Below are positions 56,200 to 63,058 of a stretch of DNA of 64,000 bases, one piece after another. The position numbers were made by a program, and so were the translations under genes. The stretch lies in contig JAFTHS010000040.1 in NCBI GenBank assembly GCA_017457295.1, positions 25,786 to 89,785 of the forward strand. The letters run 5' to 3'. This DNA comes from Paludibacteraceae bacterium (GTDB lineage Bacteria; Bacteroidota; Bacteroidia; Bacteroidales; Paludibacteraceae). Below the pieces are notes generated by a model, which was given only the letters and a program-made list of their open reading frames with translations, had not been told where the DNA came from and searched no databases. Position 1 is the first letter of the stretch. The number at the start of each line of letters is the position of its first letter.

Positions 56200-56207
56200 C
56201 AAAGGTA
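56200..56207 (-). promoter_or_regulatory. Candidate -7 box (TACCTTTG) of the tdh promoter
   Basis: The reverse complement of caaaggta matches TAnnTTTG, about 65 nt upstream of the tdh ATG. Confidence 0.4.
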
Positions 56208-56398
56208 GTGAAAAATCACGAATTATGCAAGAGTTTGTTGCATTTTATAACAACACTTCCTAATAATATGTTGCAAAATCTTCGGGACAGAAGGGGGCTT
56301 GTGACAGAAATCGCTTGCGATTAATCATTCGAACCCATTGGGCGAAATAAGACGATTGTGCCGAAGGTTAGTGGAATTCAACGTGGAATATTATTGCT

Positions 56399-57598
56399 TT
56401 ACAAGGATAAGAATCGTTCTATCGGAGTTGAGAAAAATAATTCTGTTGGAAAAGCATCGCCACCAACCACAAGTGAGTACTCTGGATGAAATTTGTCAGC
56501 AAAAACATGAAGACCACTATTATCTTGTCGGTGACCACTTTTCACTTCTAATGCCATCAATCGATTTCCTGTTTGACGGATGATAAAATCCAATTCATCA
56601 TTGTGGTCTCTCCAATAATACAGGTCATAATCCTGCTCCTGCGCATGGTTGATGAGATGTGCACCTATAGCACTTTCCACCCAACGCCCCCAGCGACTTG
56701 GATCAAGTTGTTCGGTCTTAAATCCTCGACCTTGAAAATAACTCAATAGAGCGGTATTATAGACTTGATATTTTGGAATCGACTGATAGCGTCTTGCAAA
56801 GTCAGCTGCATACCGCTGCAATCCCCCTAATAGAGATGCTTCATCTAAAGTCTTGAGATAATTAGCTAAGGTGGATGTGTTTCCCGCCTCATTTAATTGA
56901 CCAATAATCTTATTGAATGCAATAATTTCGCCACTATACGCACATCCAATTTCGAATAGTTGTCTCATTAGAGCAGGTTTAAGTACGCGTTTGGTCATTA
57001 ACACATCGCGATTAATAGCTGGCTCAATAATAGAATCTCGCATATATTGACGCCAACGTTTCTCGTTATTGACATAGGGAGCAGCACCAGGGTATCCACC
57101 AAAATAGATGTACTGTTCAATTGAAAAGTTGAATGCTTCGTGCATTTCGGTGTAGGACCAATGTGGCACACGAATCAGCTCAAAGCGTCCCATCAAACTC
57201 TCCGTTAAGCCGTCTTTGAGTAGCAAACGACTACTGCCTAACAAAATCAGTTTGATATTGATATCATGAAAGGTGTCGTAGTCCCATTCTTTTTTGACAA
57301 TTTCGCTCCAATTGTCTATTTTTTGCACCTCGTCGATAATCAGTATATGCTCTTGTTGCCCCTCCAATTGCATACGAATACGAACGGATTGCCATTTCTC
57401 TGATATCCATGCACGATTATTTGTAGCTACTTCATCTGCATTTAGACTGGTAGCAGGTATAGTGCATTGTGCTAAAAATTGCTTGATGAGTGTAGTTTTT
57501 CCTACTTGACGTGGACCTGCAAGAACTTGAATACATTTTCTGGGTTCTTGCATACGTTCAATAATTGTACTTAATTGTGAGCGAACTATCATATACAA
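56399..57598 (-). CDS. AAA-family ATPase with DUF4143-like C-terminal domain
   Basis: Walker A LAGPRQVGKTT, Walker B ILIIDEVQ; 399 aa architecture typical of stand-alone AAA_14/DUF4143 proteins. Confidence 0.8.
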   Translation of the reverse strand: MYMIVRSQLSTIIERMQEPRKCIQVLAGPRQVGKTTLIKQFLAQCTIPATSLNADEVATNNRAWISEKWQSVRIRMQLEGQQEHILIIDEVQKIDNWSEIVKKEWDYDTFHDINIKLILLGSSRLLLKDGLTESLMGRFELIRVPHWSYTEMHEAFNFSIEQYIYFGGYPGAAPYVNNEKRWRQYMRDSIIEPAINRDVLMTKRVLKPALMRQLFEIGCAYSGEIIAFNKIIGQLNEAGNTSTLANYLKTLDEASLLGGLQRYAADFARRYQSIPKYQVYNTALLSYFQGRGFKTEQLDPSRWGRWVESAIGAHLINHAQEQDYDLYYWRDHNDELDFIIRQTGNRLMALEVKSGHRQDNSGLHVFADKFHPEYSLVVGGDAFPTELFFSTPIERFLSL

Positions 57599-57622
57599 CT
57601 GATTTATAGTTTTTTGTCGAAT

Positions 57623-57681
57623 CCAAAATTCTCAAACACTCTCTCCCAAATTCTCAAAGTATCATTCCCAAATTCTCAAAC
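57623..57681. repeat. Three direct repeats CCCAAATTCTCAAA(C/G) at 22-bp spacing
   Basis: Units at 57623-57637, 57645-57659 and 57667-57681, just upstream of the AAA ATPase start. Confidence 0.9.
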
Positions 57682-57726
57682 TCGGTGCAAAATTACTATA
57701 TTTTTGTGAACTATGCAAGTTTTTAG

Positions 57727-58158
57727 GTGTATTTTTTTGAAAAAAGTTTTTGGGTGCTGAATGTTGTGCTGAAAGTTACCTGCAAGTTTCGGGACCACTA
57801 TAGGAGATCTGTGGGATATCTGTAGGCTTTCTGTGGCTGTATTAGGTCGCTCTTTTAATCACTCTCAAGTTGACTGCGGGCTACGCGATCACTTCGCGAC
57901 CACTGTAGCACATCTGCTGCCTAGTTGTATCACAGCGGTGGCTTTGTGTTTTCACCTTTTCGTTTTCCATATGCCTCTATATATTATAGGGGTGCTGAAT
58001 ACTCAGCGTTTTAGTGGTTTGGTGCTGAATATTTGAGATTTTTGGGAATAAAATGGTATATACAACACGCGGGAAGTGTAGTGTTTACTAAGATTCCCGC
58101 GTGAGTGTATTTTTTTGAAAGAAGTTTGTGAGTGCTGAATGTTGTACTGAGAGTTATC
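57727..58158. repeat. Copy B of the dispersed composite repeat, bounded by 54-bp direct repeats
   Basis: 57727-57780 and 58105-58158 are 48/54 identical. Internal modules match 23074-23314 in inverted orientation. GTGCTGAAT occurs four times. Confidence 0.85.
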
Positions 58159-58172
58159 AATCATCAGCAAGG

Positions 58173-58970
58173 TTATTCCTTCACTTTCGTATGCGCTACA
58201 ATGTGAATACTCAATTCGTAAAGCAGGTATAGCGGTACTGTCACCAACAACAAAGTGAATATATCCGCAGTCGGTGTAATGACGGCTGACAAGATGGCTA
58301 ACACTACTATTGCATGTTTGCGGTATTGTACCAATAGCGGTTTGTCTATCAATCCCAATTTTGCCAAGAAATAGGCAATGATAGGTATCTCAAATAATAT
58401 GCCCATAAGCAATGATAACACCAATAGTGTTGATATATACGACTTTAGTGCAATCTGATTAACAACCATCTCTTGTACTTGATAGGTACTTAAGAATCGA
58501 AATGCGAAGGGGAATATCACAAAATAGTTGAGCAATACGCCCATGGCAAACAATATCACGCCAAAGAATATCAGCAGTATTGAATAGCGCTTTTCTTGTG
58601 TGTATAGCGCAGGAGCGATAAAGCCATAGAGTTGGATGATGAGATATGGGAACGCTACTAACACGCCCATAATGACTGCCACTTGCAAGTGCGTAGTGAA
58701 TTGCGATGCTAATTCGATATTGATAAACTCAATAGCGAAATCTCCTGGGCATAGTGCAGGCATAGACAATCGCTCTGCTAACCAACACAATCCGCGATAG
58801 AGAATAAAGTCGGATTTGGATGGAGCAAAGAGTATGCTGAAGAGTGCGTCCTTAAAGCAGAACGCAGCAATAGCGCATACTAACCACACTGCCAAGCAAC
58901 GGAAAACAACCTTTCGGAACACTTCTACATGTTCCCAAAAGGTCATTTTCTCCTCGTTATTATTTTTCAT
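58173..58970 (-). CDS. tatC: Twin-arginine translocase subunit TatC
   Basis: [12 protein letters not shown]…, six TM segments, FEIP and TPTAD motifs. The true start may be Met9 (58946). Confidence 0.92.
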   Translation of the reverse strand: MKNNNEEKMTFWEHVEVFRKVVFRCLAVWLVCAIAAFCFKDALFSILFAPSKSDFILYRGLCWLAERLSMPALCPGDFAIEFINIELASQFTTHLQVAVIMGVLVAFPYLIIQLYGFIAPALYTQEKRYSILLIFFGVILFAMGVLLNYFVIFPFAFRFLSTYQVQEMVVNQIALKSYISTLLVLSLLMGILFEIPIIAYFLAKLGLIDKPLLVQYRKHAIVVLAILSAVITPTADIFTLLLVTVPLYLLYELSIHIVAHTKVKE

Positions 58971-59184
58971 CTTGGTTTGGTTGCTGTTCGGTAGACTGTT
59001 GCGATGGTTGATCTTTTAAGGGGCGTTTTACTTCCTCCTCCATCTCATTCATTCCCTGTTTGAACATCTTTACGCCTTTACCCATTCCTTTCATTAGCTC
59101 TGGAATTTTCTTGCCTCCAAATAGCAATAGCACAATGAGAACAATAAAAATAATCTCAGGTGCTCCTATCATCAATAGTGTCAT
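58960..59184 (-). CDS. tatA: Twin-arginine translocase subunit TatA/E
   Basis: 74 aa with a single TM, hinge [12 protein letters not shown], an amphipathic helix and an acidic tail. Confidence 0.9.
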   Translation of the reverse strand: MTLLMIGAPEIIFIVLIVLLLFGGKKIPELMKGMGKGVKMFKQGMNEMEEEVKRPLKDQPSQQSTEQQPNQDEK

Positions 59185-59186
59185 GA

Positions 59187-59396
59187 TTAGATAATTTGAA
59201 TGTTAATACTATTCATGTTTTTCCATAAGAATACGAGTACCCATATTGCAATCAAACAAAGTATAGCTATAGTCGTACTAATTACAGCCACTTTATTCCA
59301 CACTCCGTGTTGTCTATTAAACCAACGGATAAGAAAGATGGCGAAGACAATAGTACTAACGCTAATAATTGCTAATAGAATGACCCCTATATTCAT
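59187..59396 (-). CDS. Small two-TM membrane protein, operon member, unknown function
   Basis: 69 aa with two ~20-residue hydrophobic helices. 4-nt overlap with the upstream gene; ends 2 nt before tatA. Confidence 0.55.
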   Translation of the reverse strand: MNIGVILLAIISVSTIVFAIFLIRWFNRQHGVWNKVAVISTTIAILCLIAIWVLVFLWKNMNSINIQII

Positions 59397-59668
59397 TGTG
59401 GCATATTTAAATATATCTCACAAGTGTCAAAATTGATTTCCCAATGTCCACCTTCGCAAGATTCCCAGTTGTATTTAGTTGCCATGTCATCCCACCATTG
59501 TTGGAACTTGCTGCCTGTTTCGCCCATATCTTTTACGAGCTTTTCATACAACTCTGCGTTATCAGCAGTGAGAATCTTTGCCAATTCGGTCAAACCATTT
59601 CGACGCTCAAATAGCGTTTGAATGGTGTTTTTTTCTTCGACAGTTACCTGTCCTACAAGTTTTTTCAT
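59393..59668 (-). CDS. CXXX repeat peptide modification system accessory protein (91 aa)
   Basis: Size, position and operon context fit the NCBIfam-named accessory protein of this system. Assignment is from memory of the family, not from a search. Confidence 0.55.
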   Translation of the reverse strand: MKKLVGQVTVEEKNTIQTLFERRNGLTELAKILTADNAELYEKLVKDMGETGSKFQQWWDDMATKYNWESCEGGHWEINFDTCEIYLNMPQ

Positions 59669-59669
59669 A

Positions 59670-60623
59670 TTAAAATTCCTCCTTTACCTCAAATGGATCT
59701 AAATATGTGATTTCTTTTATCTCGTTATTGACTACATACCCTGCCTCTTTCAATTGTAATTGCAAATCGCGTGCAGCATTGCGCTCAAGGTGCGAGATGA
59801 TACATTGTTGGCGCGATGGGGTGTTGTTGTCCCATGTGAGTTTTTGATTGAGCCAAATACAACGATTGCAATGGTATGCATCACAAATGCGACAAAGTGG
59901 CGCATGGTCAAGTTGCAAGAGTTGTTTGTTTGGAATGTCAAGCCCTCTCTCTAAATCTCCTACACTACGCGAAGCATCTTTAGTCTTGTGATTCATGCGA
60001 TTGCTAATGCCCATCTGCTCATCATAATAGAATGCGGGGCAGAGGTAGAACTTTCCATTAGGTGCAAGCGTAATATTGCCAATACCTGCTTCACAATTGT
60101 GCATCTCGGTCAATTGCAAACGGTCTGTCAAGATGTTGAGTTGTGGGTTCTTTGCTTGCTTGTATAGATTGAGCAAAACGGCATTGAGCGTTGCCAATGC
60201 TTTTTTGTAATCTTCAATCTGTTCATCAGTAAATGATTCAATATTCGTCAAGCAGATATTGAGACGCGTGGTTTGTGGCAAGAGTGCTGCAATATCGTAT
60301 TGCTTTGCAATAAACTCGGCAATCGTCAAGCGCAATACAATATTGTCCGTTTCTGCTATTGTTGGCACAGAATCAAGTACTTGCACCTCACGTCCAATCT
60401 TCACATGGTCAATCGTCTCAATGAGTTCGTTGTATTCCGTAGGGAGTTCGTAGTCGGGATATACAAACTGAATCATCAAGTTTTGTTTCATACCAAAGAG
60501 GATTGCTTTGCGCAAGGTCTCCAATGGCATCAACTTTCGCTCTGTGAGCGGATTATTAGCATGGCAATAAGCCACGCTGGTGTCATCCAATAGGATAACC
60601 AAATATTGCAAATATGGTTTCAT
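59670..60623 (-). CDS. SPASM-domain maturase paralog lacking the radical SAM CX3CX2C motif (CXXX repeat peptide maturase-like)
   Basis: 317 aa with no CX3CX2C motif. C-terminal C-x16-GKFYLC…CRICDAYHCNRC…C is a SPASM-like seven-Cys signature. Confidence 0.65.
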   Translation of the reverse strand: MKPYLQYLVILLDDTSVAYCHANNPLTERKLMPLETLRKAILFGMKQNLMIQFVYPDYELPTEYNELIETIDHVKIGREVQVLDSVPTIAETDNIVLRLTIAEFIAKQYDIAALLPQTTRLNICLTNIESFTDEQIEDYKKALATLNAVLLNLYKQAKNPQLNILTDRLQLTEMHNCEAGIGNITLAPNGKFYLCPAFYYDEQMGISNRMNHKTKDASRSVGDLERGLDIPNKQLLQLDHAPLCRICDAYHCNRCIWLNQKLTWDNNTPSRQQCIISHLERNAARDLQLQLKEAGYVVNNEIKEITYLDPFEVKEEF

Positions 60624-60626
60624 TGC

Positions 60627-61850
60627 TTAGCAGATAATGTCGTTTGACGATTTCTTGTTTTGCTCAAATTCCTCGCGCTTGCCTTCTAATTCTAGTTTGC
60701 GGTAGAGCTTGTTCCAATAATAGTTGTTGGCACGCACACGCGCTTTGTGCATTTTGCAAATAGCGGTTGCACGTTCAAAGACGGTGTGCGTCTTGGCTGC
60801 ATCGTAGTTCTCGCCTTGGCACCAAGCACATCCCTCTGCTACTTCGCAATCTACGCACTCGGGCAAAGATTGGGTACAAAGATCAAGTGTAAGAAACGGA
60901 CGGAGTTTATTATTGTCAATTCCATCGTGAATGTTTCCGACAATCCATGCCTCTTTGTCACGAAGTGAGTATTGAGCGAAGCGAGTGCATGGGTAGAAAT
61001 TACCTGCTGCATCAACCGCTAACATCTTACCTGCACCGCACCAGTTTTGATTTTGTAATTGGCAATCTAAAGGTTTACCCATATTTTCGGAGAAGAAAGA
61101 ACATGCATAGTTTCTATATAATTCTTTATCTATGATTGTATCTGCCAATTGCATAAGTTGTTCCTCAAAGCGTAAGTCATCGCCTTCAGCCCATACATTC
61201 TCAAATACGCAGTTGATATTCACTTGATGAATGCCTAAGTCATAGAGGTGCAAAACAGATTCGCAGATATAGGGTATATCCGCAGATGAGATAGTCACTT
61301 TCGTGCCATCGCCAGGGAATTGGCTTTGCCATAGTGGTATATTCCTTACTACATCATCATACGAACCGCGTTCTGGACCATCACCCTTCCATATACGGTT
61401 AAGGTCGTGCTTGCGGCGAGTACCATCAATAGTAATACCAATACTTAGGTGTGATTTATTTTTCTCAATGAAGCGTTGTACTTTCTCGCTGGCATAGTTA
61501 ATACCATTGGTAGAGAATGAGAAACGATAGGAATTAAACCAATGGTGATTGCGACGGAAAAGTTCTTGTTTGATATAGTCGCAGATCTTGTCTATAAGGT
61601 CAATTTCTAGAAATGGTTCTCCTCCTATAAAGTCCCATACAACAGACTCGTACGCAAAGTTTGGATCATTTTCTCTATCCAATACATAATCAATAGCTGC
61701 CTTTGCTACTTCAAAAGGCATACGTTCCTTCTCGTTTTTGCCTACCAAATAGCAGTATTTGCAGGCAAGTTGGCAATCTTTGGTGACGATAAAGGTGATG
61801 TTTTTAGAAATTCCTGCTTGCCAAACACCATTGTATTTTTTTATTTGCAT
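60627..61850 (-). CDS. Radical SAM/SPASM peptide maturase (CXXX-repeat target family)
   Basis: C26-x3-C30-x2-C33 (DCQLACKYC). SPASM domain CGAGKMLAVDAAGNFYPC…CVDCEVAEGCAWC…C. 407 aa. Confidence 0.85.
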   Translation of the reverse strand: MQIKKYNGVWQAGISKNITFIVTKDCQLACKYCYLVGKNEKERMPFEVAKAAIDYVLDRENDPNFAYESVVWDFIGGEPFLEIDLIDKICDYIKQELFRRNHHWFNSYRFSFSTNGINYASEKVQRFIEKNKSHLSIGITIDGTRRKHDLNRIWKGDGPERGSYDDVVRNIPLWQSQFPGDGTKVTISSADIPYICESVLHLYDLGIHQVNINCVFENVWAEGDDLRFEEQLMQLADTIIDKELYRNYACSFFSENMGKPLDCQLQNQNWCGAGKMLAVDAAGNFYPCTRFAQYSLRDKEAWIVGNIHDGIDNNKLRPFLTLDLCTQSLPECVDCEVAEGCAWCQGENYDAAKTHTVFERATAICKMHKARVRANNYYWNKLYRKLELEGKREEFEQNKKSSNDIIC

Positions 61851-61927
61851 AGTATCTGAATAAATTCATTATGAACAATTACCATAGAAGATAAAATTGT
61901 ATCAACTATGGTAATCATTCCATTATT

Positions 61928-62158
61928 TTAACTGATAAGTGCCAATAAAGCTTTAATATCGGGTACACACCAATCTTCCAATGTATTACCCGCAAATATC
62001 AAAATAAAATTTCCATAAAAAGGTGAGTTCTCTATATTATATGGGAGATGATAGTAATGAATCACGCCATAATTTTTCAACTTATCATTTGATACACAAC
62101 GCCATTTTTGATTGGTAGCTAACCAATCAGCTTCTATTGGGGTTATTGCTCTCCTCAT
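61928..62158 (-). CDS. Hypothetical 76-aa protein between the precursor and the maturase
   Basis: ATG-initiated ORF 22 nt downstream of the precursor stop and co-directional with it. No motif recognised. Confidence 0.4.
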   Translation of the reverse strand: MRRAITPIEADWLATNQKWRCVSNDKLKNYGVIHYYHLPYNIENSPFYGNFILIFAGNTLEDWCVPDIKALLALIS

Positions 62159-62180
62159 AATTGCAATTATGGTTCATAAA

Positions 62181-62474
62181 CTAAAAATAAGCCTGTGAGC
62201 CACAACTTGTAGTACATTTGGTTTCACAACTGCCTGAGCATGAGTTTTGACAACCAAATTTACAACTACCTTGACACATACTGTGGCATGTGTTTTCGCA
62301 AGATCCCATACAAGAATTAGAACAACTAAGACCACAACCTGTTTCAGCTGCTTGCATTACATTAGGCATACTTGCCATTACTACTGCACCAACAACAGGC
62401 AATGCAGCTTTTGCGGCTTTTTTGAAAAACTCTCTACGCGATTGGAGTTCTTCGTTTTGTTTTTTGTTAGACAT
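62181..62474 (-). CDS. Tat-signal CXXX-repeat precursor peptide (radical SAM target)
   Basis: 97 aa with SRREFFK twin-arginine motif and a hydrophobic h-region. Twelve Cys fall at residues 47, 51, 55 … 91, exactly every fourth position. Confidence 0.85.
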   Translation of the reverse strand: MSNKKQNEELQSRREFFKKAAKAALPVVGAVVMASMPNVMQAAETGCGLSCSNSCMGSCENTCHSMCQGSCKFGCQNSCSGSCETKCTTSCGSQAYF

Positions 62475-62880
62475 AAAACTTAAGTTTTTGTTGTATAGGA
62501 ACTCCCAACTATACGGATTATTGGTTAAGTATAGGCATAAAATAAAAAGCGTGGAGTCCGACTATTGCCGTTCCATGCTCTGAGGCTGTCGCATTGCCTT
62601 ACTGATAAAACGACAACGCGAAGCCCACGCCGAATATAAATATTCTCCGTGCTACACAGTTAAGGTACGCGTGTGCGTATGTACATATACGCAAATGGCG
62701 TACCAAAATAGGCACAAGAGGGATAATCTATATCCCGTAGGACATCTACCGTTGCTATGTTCCTATCAGTTTGAAACTTGCGACATTTCAGAGCATCAGA
62801 ACAGAGCGCTAATAAACGCCTTTTAAATATGTCTGCTACCCCCGCCGATGACGTGCAGACATCCCCGGCGTGGAATTGCG
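62475..62880 (-). promoter_or_regulatory. Long (~400 nt) hairpin-rich 5' leader or independent sRNA upstream of the precursor gene; class unknown
   Basis: Lies between a consensus promoter (62885-62916) and the precursor ATG. Contains an 8-bp hairpin (62829-62862) with a possible pseudoknot, a nested 7+7-bp hairpin (62664-62704), and a T-run at about 62540-62550. Confidence 0.45.
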
Positions 62881-62884
62881 GGTG

Positions 62885-62916
62885 CAAATATACAACATTT
62901 TTTTGACATGACCAAA
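62885..62916 (-). promoter_or_regulatory. Bacteroidetes-type promoter (-33 TTTG, -7 TATATTTG) driving the leader and precursor operon
   Basis: On the minus strand, TTTG (62913-62916) and TATATTTG (62885-62892) with a 20-nt spacer. Confidence 0.55.
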
Positions 62917-62972
62917 TAAAAATGCCATTTATGCGAATTTAGCATAAATGGCAGAGGTGTTTTGGCTTATAA
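62913..62972 (-). terminator. Rho-independent terminator of the kinase-like gene; copy 2 of the element at 19008-19067
   Basis: 12-bp perfect stem tgccatttatgc / gcataaatggca (62923-62953) followed on the minus strand by TTTTTATTT. Confidence 0.75.
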
Positions 62973-63058
62973 CGCTATATTAAACATGTCGGGCAACGGT
63001 ATGCGTTGCGGATTAGTTATGAACTATAAGTGATGAATAATTTAGGGGAGTTAGTATT

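Noticed and set aside
57833-58036. 67-aa plus-strand ORF in the repeat region downstream of tatC
   Set aside because: It lies inside the non-coding composite repeat, and the corresponding segment at 23 kb does not preserve the frame.
62545-62880. Possibility that the leader is tmRNA, RNase P RNA, SRP RNA or a cobalamin, TPP, SAM-I, fluoride or Mn (yybP) riboswitch
   Set aside because: The diagnostic strings are absent on both strands. There is no GGGG…TTCGAC start or TCCACCA end (tmRNA), no GGAAAGTCCGG or ACAGAACCCGGCTTA (RNase P), and no GCCACTG B12 box. There is also no CTGAGA…ACCTGATCTGGATAATGCCAGCG (TPP) and no TTATCAAGAG…GGAGGGA (SAM-I). GGGGGTAGC only loosely resembles the yybP GGGGAGTAGC. 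This needs a covariance-model scan to be conclusive.
62660-62887. 75-aa minus-strand ORF (TTG-initiated) inside the leader region
   Set aside because: It has no ATG start, begins inside the promoter/TSS region, and has an arbitrary-looking composition. The hairpin density favours RNA structure. A short regulatory leader peptide cannot be excluded.
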